A program made the position numbers and the translations under genes. From a virus (taxonomy: Duplodnaviria > Caudoviricetes), in the IMG/VR virus record IMGVR_UViG_3300032321_001056, positions 14,508-78,507 of that record: 64,000 nucleotides of DNA. One strand, 5' to 3'. The first letter of the stretch is position 1. Each line of letters starts with the position of its first letter. Shown here piece after piece: positions 9,333 through 19,200 of this stretch. Below the pieces are notes generated by a model. The model searched no databases and was not told the DNA's origin. It saw only the letters and a program-made list of their open reading frames with translations.

Positions 9333-10345
9333 AATCTATCTGCGTATCCTTTTGCAACCTTTTGCCAAGTCATATTTTTGTTTATATACACAGCTGATGA
9401 GTATGTCTTTTCCGACACCTCTTCGTAGTGCTTAGTTACATATAACATTTTATCACACAAATCATCGTAATCTGGCTTCGCCCAGTATCCAGCATTTTCA
9501 TATATACCAGACATCTTGTAATCAGAAAGAGAATAATTTAAAGGAATAGACATTTCTGCAAATTCTTCACATGCTGAAAAGTTAGTACATATTGTGGGAA
9601 TACCTTTAGCAATAGCCTGGAATGGAATTAACCCCCATCCTTCTCCACTTGTCGGGTATAGGAGGCAATCTGCTCTATCATATATGGCAGCTAATTCTTC
9701 AATTGATACTTTATTATCTATTACTTCAATTTGAGGATGATCTAAATTCTTTACTTCGCCAGAAACAATCATGCGAGCATCTGGGGGACCAGAAGATTTA
9801 TAAATTAATTTGTAGTTGTCTTTACCAGAAAACAACTTAAGAAAAGCATCCACTGCTACTTGAGAATTCTTTCTTGTTGATGGAGAACCCATGCTTAAAA
9901 ATGTAAATTGACTATGCGGTTTTCTTTTAATTGGAAAATAAAGCTGCTCATCAACGCCAAGATTAAAATTATAAACTGGCTTGAACACTCCGCTGTTAAC
10001 AAAAACAGCCCGCATAAAATTAGATGTAGTCCATATCTCATCCATCTTATTGCATTGATTCACCCAATCATGCGGCAGCTTGTCAGTCTCCCAGTAAGAA
10101 AAACCTATATTATATTTTCCACTTGTGTTATAGGCTTCTGGTGTTGAATGATTTATTAAAATATCGGCATTAATATTATTTTTGTAAATATACCCCATCT
10201 GAACATGATCTATCCAGTCTGGTCTTTTTGGCTCATCTTTGACTAACTGAATACCAGATTCGCTTATGCTCTTATATAAACTTGCAGAAGCATCACCGTA
10301 TCCTTCTCCAAACCTGGAGTTGCCGTTATCAGTCCAGACAATCAT
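9314..10345 (-). CDS. glycosyltransferase, GT-B fold (GT4-like)
   Basis: YWETDKLP, RKN, LYPTSGEGWGLIPFQAIAKGIPTI motifs. Confidence 0.9.
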   Translation of the reverse strand: MIVWTDNGNSRFGEGYGDASASLYKSISESGIQLVKDEPKRPDWIDHVQMGYIYKNNINADILINHSTPEAYNTSGKYNIGFSYWETDKLPHDWVNQCNKMDEIWTTSNFMRAVFVNSGVFKPVYNFNLGVDEQLYFPIKRKPHSQFTFLSMGSPSTRKNSQVAVDAFLKLFSGKDNYKLIYKSSGPPDARMIVSGEVKNLDHPQIEVIDNKVSIEELAAIYDRADCLLYPTSGEGWGLIPFQAIAKGIPTICTNFSACEEFAEMSIPLNYSLSDYKMSGIYENAGYWAKPDYDDLCDKMLYVTKHYEEVSEKTYSSAVYINKNMTWQKVAKGYADRLCQILK

Positions 10346-11100
10346 TAATCCTCTACTTGAAAAGCTATTTTCTTTCCAGAGGCTTCGGATGCTTCTTTCA
10401 ACTTAGGGAAGGGAAGACCATGAACTTTTGTATACTCAACTCTATAATTAAACCAGCCCTCTACGGCTCTCCACATTCTATCATCAGTCTTATCTGCTAG
10501 GTCTTCTAAGTCTTCTGGTGACAACAGGAAACTCAAAACACCAAGCGGCATATACACAACAACATCGTAATTTGAATCTTTATCTTTTGAATACTTCTTT
10601 AGCAAATTTTGAAATTGCTGCACCATATCTTGTACTGGAGTCCCAGAAAAATGTTCTACATTACCATAGACATTTCTTTCCCTAGGGCAGACATCATCAA
10701 CCCCAACAAAAGCTCCATAGCTTCTGCAAACAAGCGGTCTGAAGCCATAAATAGTGCAACCACCTTTGTAAAATGCACACTTACGATCAGTCTCCCCGCC
10801 AAACTGCCATTTTTCATCGTACATAGCATCTTTTAATGATTGCACAACTGAACCAAACCACTCGTCTGCATACTCTTTGCCTTTATTTTCTAAATGCAAA
10901 TAGAATTGCTGCGTAATGTTAAACGCAATATTGGCGCACTCTGTCATATGAATTGTTAAACCAATTGAACAACAATTTCCAGAACCAAGACATTTGTATT
11001 TTGTCTTATTCTGGCTTGCCTCAATCATTCTTGCTTGGTTATAAACCATATCAAGCTCTGCGAAAATTCCTAGATCTCCTGCCGATACTTTTCTTTGCAT
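10345..11100 (-). CDS. YkgJ/FliB-like cysteine-cluster (Fe-S/Zn) protein
   Basis: CLGSGNCC...CAFYKGGCTIYGFRPLVCRSYG. Confidence 0.8.
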   Translation of the reverse strand: MQRKVSAGDLGIFAELDMVYNQARMIEASQNKTKYKCLGSGNCCSIGLTIHMTECANIAFNITQQFYLHLENKGKEYADEWFGSVVQSLKDAMYDEKWQFGGETDRKCAFYKGGCTIYGFRPLVCRSYGAFVGVDDVCPRERNVYGNVEHFSGTPVQDMVQQFQNLLKKYSKDKDSNYDVVVYMPLGVLSFLLSPEDLEDLADKTDDRMWRAVEGWFNYRVEYTKVHGLPFPKLKEASEASGKKIAFQVED

Positions 11101-11393
11101 TATCTACCCATACCTTTCTTTTTTTGCTGCATTGACTTTCTCCTATCACGCTTCATTTGTTCAGCTTTCCTTTGCATTGGCGATTTTGGTTTCTTAGAAG
11201 TAGCGGACAAGTTTCTGCCCTTACCTCTAAATTTTAAAAGGTCGTACTTACTACACCAGTTGTAAAGACCTTGCGGAGTGATTTCAACATTGTAAGTCTG
11301 CTTTAGCAGCTTCACAATGTCAGTTAGATTCATCCGCTTCTTCACATAATGCTCATAGAGCCAGCTTTTGTCTTTATAAGGCTCAAGAGACAT
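11100..11393 (-). CDS. HTH DNA-binding protein
   Basis: YKDKSWLYEHYVKKRMNLTDIVK...TPQGLYNW; basic tail. Confidence 0.65.
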   Translation of the reverse strand: MSLEPYKDKSWLYEHYVKKRMNLTDIVKLLKQTYNVEITPQGLYNWCSKYDLLKFRGKGRNLSATSKKPKSPMQRKAEQMKRDRRKSMQQKKKGMGR

Positions 11394-11946
11394 TAGATAC
11401 CACCATTAAATAATACCAAAGTCCAATACCAATTGCGTCAACAATGTCATCATCTTTTAGATTTTCTTCTTCCATCTGGAAATAATCAGTAATAATATCC
11501 CTGACACGATCTTTTCTTTCCTTCTTCTTCTTAGCTTCTGTGTCAAAAACTATTTTATCTGTTTTAGATATATTTTTATACCCGATTCCTCGCTTCCAAA
11601 GAATCGGGTTAATGTCCATAACTTTAAAACAATAACCCTGAACAATTCCCCAGGTGTAGCCAATTATATAAGATATAACCCTGCTTGTTTGAAAATTTTG
11701 TATATAAACTGATTGCTCAATAATAGTTACGCTAGGGTTATGCTTCTTACAAATTTCTTTTAGACCAGCATTAATTTCATTAAATTTTATAGAAATATCA
11801 TTTGTTTTTGTAAATTTTATTTTACCGCAGTCAACAAGTTTAAGACCATTATTGAAATCAATAACAGCCCAGCCTAAAGAATGAGATGATGGATCTATTG
11901 ATAAAATTCTTTTATCATGAGAATTAACTATATTTTTAAGATTCAT
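11383..11946 (-). CDS. ruvC: RuvC-like Holliday junction resolvase
   Basis: ILSIDPS, IIEQ and DDDIVDAIGIG catalytic motifs. Confidence 0.85.
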   Translation of the reverse strand: MNLKNIVNSHDKRILSIDPSSHSLGWAVIDFNNGLKLVDCGKIKFTKTNDISIKFNEINAGLKEICKKHNPSVTIIEQSVYIQNFQTSRVISYIIGYTWGIVQGYCFKVMDINPILWKRGIGYKNISKTDKIVFDTEAKKKKERKDRVRDIITDYFQMEEENLKDDDIVDAIGIGLWYYLMVVSNVS

Positions 11947-12254
11947 TATAGGCTATCCCTGACAGAGCCTTCTTCCCAACCCCAACCGACTAGCCTTTGA
12001 ACATATCTTTCTCTTTTACATTTTTCACAGATATTTTCTTTATTATACCGTGACAATATAGTTTCACAACTTTTTGTTTTACAAATTCTTTTTTTATTTA
12101 TGTTAGCTTTTTTTTCATAATAATTACTTAATAGCTTTGCATTTGTAACAATTCTTCTACATTCTGCTGAACAATAAATACTATTATAAGACTTAGCCTT
12201 AAAAGGTCTACTACAATCTAAATTTTTACATGTCCTTTCGTCATCATTAATCAC
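11946..12254 (-). CDS. zinc-finger protein
   Basis: CxxxxC..YCSxxC and CxxxxC..CxxC; probable GTG start at 12254 with GGGAG upstream. Confidence 0.7.
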   Translation of the reverse strand: MINDDERTCKNLDCSRPFKAKSYNSIYCSAECRRIVTNAKLLSNYYEKKANINKKRICKTKSCETILSRYNKENICEKCKRERYVQRLVGWGWEEGSVRDSL

Positions 12255-12987
12255 TGTCTCCCCAGCATAAAGCAGCCACATTACAATCTGAACAATGCTT
12301 AGATGTTCTTTTGTACGGTCTGTCGGGGATATTACCGCTAGTGTAATTCCCATAAATATCTCTGTATTTCTTAAAGAGCTTGTCTATGAAAGCCTGGTCT
12401 TTTTCAATATAAATAGGAAGAATTTCTTGATTGTTCTTGCATTCATAAATAACAAAACCGCCATCTAAATTCAAGCACTCCATATAAATCTGAGCCTGTC
12501 TATAATGCTCATCCTTTGGCTTGTTGTACAGCTTTCTGTAATGGAATCCTTCTGAGCTAATTGATTTTAATTCAATCAATTTTTCCCCATGCCAGTTAAT
12601 AATTCCGTCTGCCGTTCCCTCAATCGGGGGCGATGAATAAGTAACAGGGATTTCTTCGGCTACCAAGATACCCATTTCTCTAAAATATCCGTACAGCCTG
12701 TCATGAACAGCATGACCATTATCAAAAATCCTAAGCGTTTGCGCTCTAAAATCTGGAGTCACGCTAACCCCATCAAACATATAATACCAATAGCGTGAGC
12801 ATTGGTTGGTATAGCTTGGGTGGAAACCTTTGACTTTTTTAAACTCTGGCTTATTTCTTTCCGTCAAACTTTCGTCAATAGCTTTATTCAAACTATCTAC
12901 TAACTGAGCGGTAGTAAAGCTCTCCTCTGGAACTTCCACTGCAACTTCTACTGGCTTTGGGTTCCTCAATACTTTTAGTGATTTCAT
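12247..12987 (-). CDS. Cas4-like PD-(D/E)xK exonuclease
   Basis: CSRYW, GHAVH, GTADGII, IELKS, QAQIY, CxxCxxxxxC (Fe-S cluster pattern). Confidence 0.85.
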   Translation of the reverse strand: MKSLKVLRNPKPVEVAVEVPEESFTTAQLVDSLNKAIDESLTERNKPEFKKVKGFHPSYTNQCSRYWYYMFDGVSVTPDFRAQTLRIFDNGHAVHDRLYGYFREMGILVAEEIPVTYSSPPIEGTADGIINWHGEKLIELKSISSEGFHYRKLYNKPKDEHYRQAQIYMECLNLDGGFVIYECKNNQEILPIYIEKDQAFIDKLFKKYRDIYGNYTSGNIPDRPYKRTSKHCSDCNVAALCWGDSD

Positions 12988-13304
12988 TACATTCCGCCTT
13001 TCGCAGCGAGTTTAAGTGCATTTATGTTTTCACCTAATGCTTCATACATGGTTTTCCATATATCATTAACAAACTTATCTTGATCATTCATAACCGCAGA
13101 CTTTCTTTTAAAAGCTTGTGATTTAATAATCATCAATGTTCTATACGCCGCTAATATATTAGCATACTTAACAGCCTGCCCGCCTAGATAATGGTCTGGG
13201 TTACGGATAATGTCTTCAACTATCCTTATACATTCTACAAACTCTTCTGCTTTATCGCCCATTTGCTCAGCAAGAATTTCTTTATTAATTATAATATCTG
13301 GCAC
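12987..13304 (-). CDS. hypothetical protein
   Basis: 105-aa ORF, coupled. Confidence 0.75.
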   Translation of the reverse strand: MPDIIINKEILAEQMGDKAEEFVECIRIVEDIIRNPDHYLGGQAVKYANILAAYRTLMIIKSQAFKRKSAVMNDQDKFVNDIWKTMYEALGENINALKLAAKGGM

Positions 13305-13480
13305 TAGATATCCTTTCTTAAATCTTCTGTTTTAACTAAAGCTTGATATGGTGGATAAACTCTAGCAATACCAATAAAACACCATACAAGGTCAACACCA
13401 ATAGCAAATTCATCATGATCAAGCCTTATACCAAGACTTTTATGACCAACAAATTTATCACAACAAAATTTAAACTTCAT
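13304..13480 (-). CDS. small hypothetical protein (58 aa)
   Basis: Hand translation MKFKFCCDKFVGHKSLGIRLDHDEFAIGVDLVWCFIGIARVYPPYQALVKTEDLRKDI; fills the gap. Confidence 0.6.
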   Translation of the reverse strand: MKFKFCCDKFVGHKSLGIRLDHDEFAIGVDLVWCFIGIARVYPPYQALVKTEDLRKDI

Positions 13481-13772
13481 AATCGCTTCCTTTAATTAAA
13501 TCCTGGAGTACATCCCAGTCAATTATAGCGACTTTTGTTTGGGAATTCTCACCAAACACGACAGAAATACAAGGATATTTGTAATTAGCGTTAAAAGCAT
13601 CTTTTCGCATCTTATCCCAAGCTTTCAGGGTTAATGTAAAAGTCTTTTCATTATGCTTGTAATCAACCAAAAATTTGTGGAGAGAGGCATCCCCTTTCTT
13701 AAGACCACGCCCAGAGTTTTTTACAGCCTTAGCTTTGTCACGCTTAATTTCTTCTTTTTCAGTTCTTTTCAC
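13470..13772 (-). CDS. Hjc-like (PD-(D/E)xK) resolvase/endonuclease
   Basis: NSGRG..KGD....FLVDYK...F.L motif. Confidence 0.65.
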   Translation of the reverse strand: MKRTEKEEIKRDKAKAVKNSGRGLKKGDASLHKFLVDYKHNEKTFTLTLKAWDKMRKDAFNANYKYPCISVVFGENSQTKVAIIDWDVLQDLIKGSDYEV

Positions 13773-13914
13773 TAATAAGTTCTTTCAGACGGTCTCGGTC
13801 AGATTTCATTAAAATGTATTGTACACGAAGAATTGCAAGTCTGTTTTCAGTTTCTTCAATTCTTTTCTTCAAATCATTAATTTCTTTAGCGTAATCCATT
13901 TTCTTTTTAAACAT
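13759..13914 (-). CDS. small coiled-coil protein (51 aa)
   Basis: MFKKKMDYAKEINDLKKRIEETENRLAILRVQYILMKSDRDRLKELISEKN; AGGTGG RBS. Confidence 0.6.
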   Translation of the reverse strand: MFKKKMDYAKEINDLKKRIEETENRLAILRVQYILMKSDRDRLKELISEKN

Positions 13915-13924
13915 AATAAACCAC

Positions 13925-14020
13925 CTAATCATCTTCAGACTCCTTATCCCCGCACTCAGGGTTCTCTGGAATAGGTTTAGGGCAGAAGCATTTATAGGAT
14001 CTCACACCTATGATAATCAT
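13925..14020 (-). CDS. 31-aa Cys-containing micropeptide
   Basis: MIIIGVRSYKCFCPKPIPENPECGDKESEDD; GGAG RBS; fills the gap after recA. Confidence 0.5.
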   Translation of the reverse strand: MIIIGVRSYKCFCPKPIPENPECGDKESEDD

Positions 14021-14038
14021 GCAATACTCCAACTTTCT

Positions 14039-14953
14039 TTATTCGTTTATTTGTTTCTGTATTTGCTTGACTTGTTTATCTGTAAGTTCAATAGCTCCCA
14101 TGCCGTTCCACTTGCTTTCTTCATAAGCATACCAAGCACCCTTACGCTTAATAATATCCATCTCAATAGCAATATCAATCAATTCTCGCCCTGTATCAAT
14201 ACGACCTTCCTGGGGGAGTACATAATAGAATCCAGTAGCCCCGATAGTTGGAATTTGTTTTGTTTTTTCAACAGTCCAAGTCGCTCTTTGGGATGTAATC
14301 ATGTTATTCTCCTCACGATCCATCTCGCTCTTTGACATTGACAAGAACAACTTCACAATATTGTGCATGTTGTGATGAACAGTGTTGCCCATCTTGGCTT
14401 TAGTTACCGCAAACATTCCACTTAAGTCAACCGTTTGATGAGCAACAAACAACATAATGTTGCGCTCCTTGTGTAGATAGTTAACTAACTTTTGCAACAA
14501 ATATCCTTGTGAGCGTGATTGTAAACCCATTGCCTTACCACCTTCGGGCTTATCATAAAACTCTTCTTTAATAATATTAGACAACGAATCAAACAAAAAG
14601 ATATGTCTTTCCTTATCATCTGTTAGATACCCAATTAGATGTTTCATAATTTCCTCTACAATGGTAGATTGAATAATTACTACATCTTCAATATTGATTC
14701 CACACTTAGCAGCGTATTCATCATTATAAGATGATTCAGAGTCAATAATCACTGGTCTATAGCCAAGCTTTTGTGCTTCAGCAATAATTCTAAAACACAT
14801 TGTTGTCTTGCCTACAGATGGCGTTCCCCAGAATAGATGGGTAGCACCGCTATTCAAACCACCGCCTAGTGCACGATTTAATCCAATACTTGGTGTCGGA
14901 ATAACATCATGCACTGGCATTGTGTCACCCTTGCGCTTATCTACAATTAACAT
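14039..14953 (-). CDS. recA: RecA/UvsX-like recombinase
   Basis: TPSIGLNRALGGG, Walker A GTPSVGKT, IIDSE, FDSLS. Confidence 0.9.
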   Translation of the reverse strand: MLIVDKRKGDTMPVHDVIPTPSIGLNRALGGGLNSGATHLFWGTPSVGKTTMCFRIIAEAQKLGYRPVIIDSESSYNDEYAAKCGINIEDVVIIQSTIVEEIMKHLIGYLTDDKERHIFLFDSLSNIIKEEFYDKPEGGKAMGLQSRSQGYLLQKLVNYLHKERNIMLFVAHQTVDLSGMFAVTKAKMGNTVHHNMHNIVKLFLSMSKSEMDREENNMITSQRATWTVEKTKQIPTIGATGFYYVLPQEGRIDTGRELIDIAIEMDIIKRKGAWYAYEESKWNGMGAIELTDKQVKQIQKQINE

Positions 14954-14999
14954 ATTTCTCCTTTTGACTAAAGTAGTTTATCATTTATAGCGGTTGAAA

Positions 15000-15641
15000 T
15001 CAGTTGATTTCTGATTTTCCACGAAACTTATTGCCTTCTAAACTTAAATTTACAAATGGGTTTAGAGAATAAATTTGACAATCATACTTACTTCCAATCC
15101 ATCTCTTCATCAGCACTAAGTGATCGTTATAAATATTCCAAGGCGTATCACCAGCTGGATAATCAGAAAATCTATCCATATCATTCAATCTCCCACAATC
15201 AACACCAACAAGAACAATCGCTTTAGCCCCCATATGAGCCGCTAAATGCATTGCGCCATGAATGCTTGATGATCCTATTACAAGGTTCTCTCCAGGATTA
15301 TCTCTAGTGTAAGGATCAAATCCAACCCCTGGCTCACCAGCATTAGTGTCAAATAAAACAACATTATTAGGGAGAGTTCCAGACCATTCATCTCTACTGC
15401 CATGTTCTTTTCTTGGCGTAAAAACAAACCTAGAGGAGTCCGACATTTGAAGAGAATCAGAATGATAATGAGAAAATGTAAAATAATTTGCAAGACCAAA
15501 AAGTTTGCCAACAAAATTTGCAGCGATACATATTTGATCATCAAAAAAAGATGGGTCAATGAAATCTAAAGTTCCACCAGAGCCAACAACCCAAATGATC
15601 TCACCTTTATGTATATCTTTAAAACTAGCTAAGTCTCTCAT
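15000..15641 (-). CDS. DUF115/MAF-like (MptE-like) protein, related to glycosyl/nonulosonate transferases
   Basis: FKDIHKGE..VVGSGGTL, SSIHGAMHLAAHMGAKAIVLVGVDC. Confidence 0.7.
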   Translation of the reverse strand: MRDLASFKDIHKGEIIWVVGSGGTLDFIDPSFFDDQICIAANFVGKLFGLANYFTFSHYHSDSLQMSDSSRFVFTPRKEHGSRDEWSGTLPNNVVLFDTNAGEPGVGFDPYTRDNPGENLVIGSSSIHGAMHLAAHMGAKAIVLVGVDCGRLNDMDRFSDYPAGDTPWNIYNDHLVLMKRWIGSKYDCQIYSLNPFVNLSLEGNKFRGKSEIN

Positions 15642-16290
15642 CCCAACTCAAATCCAATCTTCTCTGTAGTGTCCAATGACCAGCATCTGCTGTTTCATTC
15701 CTGGAATCGTATAAATCTCTATTTAAAGGATATGTTATCATATTCAGAAGCTTATAATTATCATTTGATTTGGTTGTTCCTAAAATTTCATGATTGATTT
15801 CTGCTTCTGAATAAACAACATCAAAACCATTGTGAATGACTCTTCTTTCGTAGTCCCAGTCCTCGTAATAAGCTGGATAAAAACCTTCGCAAAATAACCC
15901 GACTTTCTTTACCACATCAGATCCAACCCAAGCGCAGCACCAAGGCGGCAACACTACATCTTCAGATACAAGCTGAATATTATTCGTTTTCACTGTAGCC
16001 AAATAGTTCTCTAAAGCTCCAGGATTAAACCACGCATCTGAATTTAAGAAAATCCAACCATCAGAATACGGAGTTGATTTTATTCCTAAATTCCAAGAAG
16101 TAGCAACTCCTAAATTTGAAGGCATGTACAAAATATAAGTATCTTTAATGAAACCATTAAAAAATGCAGGAATAGTTTCCTGACCATTATTAATAATAAT
16201 CAACTTATCAATTTCATGATCAATAGAATCAACACAGCGTTTTAGTAAATCCATTCTATTTAATACTGGAATAACTATAGTTGTTAGCAC
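15625..16290 (-). CDS. glycosyltransferase family 2
   Basis: IVIPVLNR, IINNG, NLGVATSWNLG, LNSDA, YYEDWD. Confidence 0.9.
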   Translation of the reverse strand: MLTTIVIPVLNRMDLLKRCVDSIDHEIDKLIIINNGQETIPAFFNGFIKDTYILYMPSNLGVATSWNLGIKSTPYSDGWIFLNSDAWFNPGALENYLATVKTNNIQLVSEDVVLPPWCCAWVGSDVVKKVGLFCEGFYPAYYEDWDYERRVIHNGFDVVYSEAEINHEILGTTKSNDNYKLLNMITYPLNRDLYDSRNETADAGHWTLQRRLDLSWDERLS

Positions 16291-19200
16291 TCTACTTTGA
16301 CCAGGTTCTTTCTCTTTACATAATCATCTACAGTAATAATTTTATCTGCCGCTTCAAGTTTGTACGAATCAAGACGGTTGAGAGTGTCTTTATCCTCAAC
16401 CTTTGATAAACGAATCGCATACCATTCGCCTTCCTTAAGCATTTGCTTTACCTTTTTATAAACTGCAGCAAATATCACGATCTTAAAGAATTGCTTACCA
16501 TCCCAACAATAAACGCTAGCCATTTCCTTACCAGATGAGGTGATGAAATTTCTAATGTTAAAAATATAGGCAAGAGTTTTCTCATCAGTTACATAGCCAA
16601 TGCCGTGATCATATAACCATGAGTACTTATGTTCAGCGCCAGCTTTCTTCATCATCATGATATTGAACAATCTTGAATCCTCAGCCTGATACACATCACA
16701 ATAAGCGTGCAATGTTCTATCACCAATCAGTGCATATACATAATCTCTCTGCGCTAGCTCAGTATTACGCTCACCAAACACAGTACAAGAGCCTGAGTGA
16801 TCTTCAAACTCCACCCGTAGATAACCCGTAGCCTTCTTTGTAGAGCGCACTACAGCTTTAATGAGAGTAATGCTTGACATTGTTTCATGGAAGTCAACTG
16901 CGTTCTCCACAAACTCATCAATAGCAGTCTTGTGTTGATTAGCCGCAATTGGGAACCCAAGGATTGGCAAATAGTATTTCTCATTATCAAATTGCGATAT
17001 ATGACCAATTGATTCAAATGCACCAACCTTGTCTAAGTTCTCTCTAAGCGGAGCTTTAACAGCAGACTTAGAACACTTATGGCTAAACTCTTCAAATGAA
17101 TTGAATGGTCGCTTCGTTGTAATTTCCTTGATCGCACTAGAACCGCACCCAGTAACATTAGCAAGACCAAATCTAATTCCTTCTTCTTCACCTGGGAGTG
17201 ACATAGAGAAGAATTCTTCTGATTTATTAATATCAGGTGCATAGATTTTCAATCCAAGCCTCTGTGCTTCCATCAAGTAAGCGGTGATCTTGTCAGATGC
17301 AGACTCATTGTAAAGAAGCGCCCAGATGAATTCAAGAGGGTAGTTGATTTTCAACCACATTGTCTGATACGACATGAGTGAGTAAGCAACAGCGTGTGAT
17401 TTGTTAAACATATACAACGCTGACATTTCAAACTCAGACCAAATCTTTTCAGATTGCGCTGGAGTTAGGTACTTGTTATTTACAAACTTTTCTTTGTATT
17501 TATCAAACCCAGCCGCATCTCGCTTCTTACCAATGATCTTACGCAATGAGTCAGCTTCTGACCAAGTAAAGTCTGCAAGCAGTACAGCCATTTGCATGAG
17601 TTGCTCTTGAAAAATTACAGTACCATAAGTTTCTTCCAAGATTTCCCGTACTACTTCGTCAGGGTACTTAGGCTTAGTGACACCCTTTTTGCAATCAATA
17701 TATTTCTGCCCTTGTGAGAGCAATGCCCCAGGTCTAACTAATGCGTTAGACACAACAAGGTCATTAAAGTTGTCAATACCCATTCTTTCAATGAGGTTTC
17801 TATAAGCAGCCGCATCAGCCTGAAAGATACCAACGGTGTTGATATTATTGAAGTTTTCAAACACTTTTGGGTCATCCAGCTTCAGCGATTGAGCCCTCAC
17901 ATCTATCCCCAGACGCTCCTGGATCTTTGCTAAGCAATCTTTAATCACAGATACGGTCTTTAGACCCAAAACATCTATTTTAATAAGCCCAACGGCTTCG
18001 GCATCTTCCATCGCAAAAGCGGTAACAGCCGAACGGTCTCCACCCTGAGAGTCTTTACGGGATTCAACGGGGCAAACATCGGTCAACGGAACGGAAGAAA
18101 CCACCATCCCAGCCGCATGGACTCCAGCGGTACGAATCCGATTTTCCAACCTTGATGCCAACGGTACAACATCGGGATATTTCTTGATAAAGACCTTGCC
18201 CTTCTCGGTGGCTTTAAGCTCATCAATGGTTTCAAAAAACGGTGTAACCGAGTTGATTTCGGCAAAGGGAACTTGTAGCACTCTTGCAACATCTTTAACC
18301 GCACTCTTTGATTTGAAAGTACCATAGATAGAAATTGCCGCTACATTATCCTTACCCCAGCGAGTGGCAAGATAAGTTTTAACCTCATCACGGCGCTTAT
18401 CTTCAAAGTCCAAGTCAATGTCGGGATAGTCGTTACGCTCAGGGTTAATAAAGCGAGCGAACAGCAAATTGTATTTGATTGGATCAACTTGCGTAATGTC
18501 CAACAAAAACGCCATGACGCTACCACCAACAGACCCACGACCAGTACCACGACCAATGCCGTTGTTGTCAGCCCACTTAACCAAATCCCATACGATTAAA
18601 AAGTAATCCGCAAAGCCGAGTTGCTTAATGATGCCCAACTCTTCATCAAGACGCTTTACATAAATTTCATCGGTAATCCCCAGCTCTTGCAAACGGAACT
18701 TTGTAATCTCAGCCAAGTAATCATCCGAGTTCATGGACTTCATATACTTCGGCAACAGGTTCTTCCGCTTCTCCATCCGAGCCGTACACTTCTCGGCAAC
18801 TTCCATCGTATTTTCCAGAATGTCAATTCTGTCGTAGCCAGCATCTTTGAACCAAGAAGCCACCTCATCAGCACCAGCCACATACGGGTTAATATCATCA
18901 AACCTAAGATGCCTGTTAGGATACATATTGTTGATTTTTGCCACCATATCAAGGGATGGGTTATGCAAGCAATCAGCATGGTCTTTGGCATGGCGTTGAT
19001 CTGCGGCAGATAGGCTTGGGTATTGTGAAAGCATTAGCAAGACCTCTTCACAGCCCTTATCTTTACGACTGGGGAAATGACAATCAGCAGTAGCTAGTAC
19101 AGGTCGGTTATAGGTGTCTGCTAATTGGATTAACCCGTCATTTATATGCTTAGGGTTCCAGGATTGAATTTCAAAGTAGAAATCATCTTTAAATATCTTT

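Noticed and set aside
12247-12987. Cas4-like gene as part of a CRISPR-Cas system
   Set aside because: No cas1, cas2, effector genes or array in the window; solo Cas4-like nucleases are common in phages.
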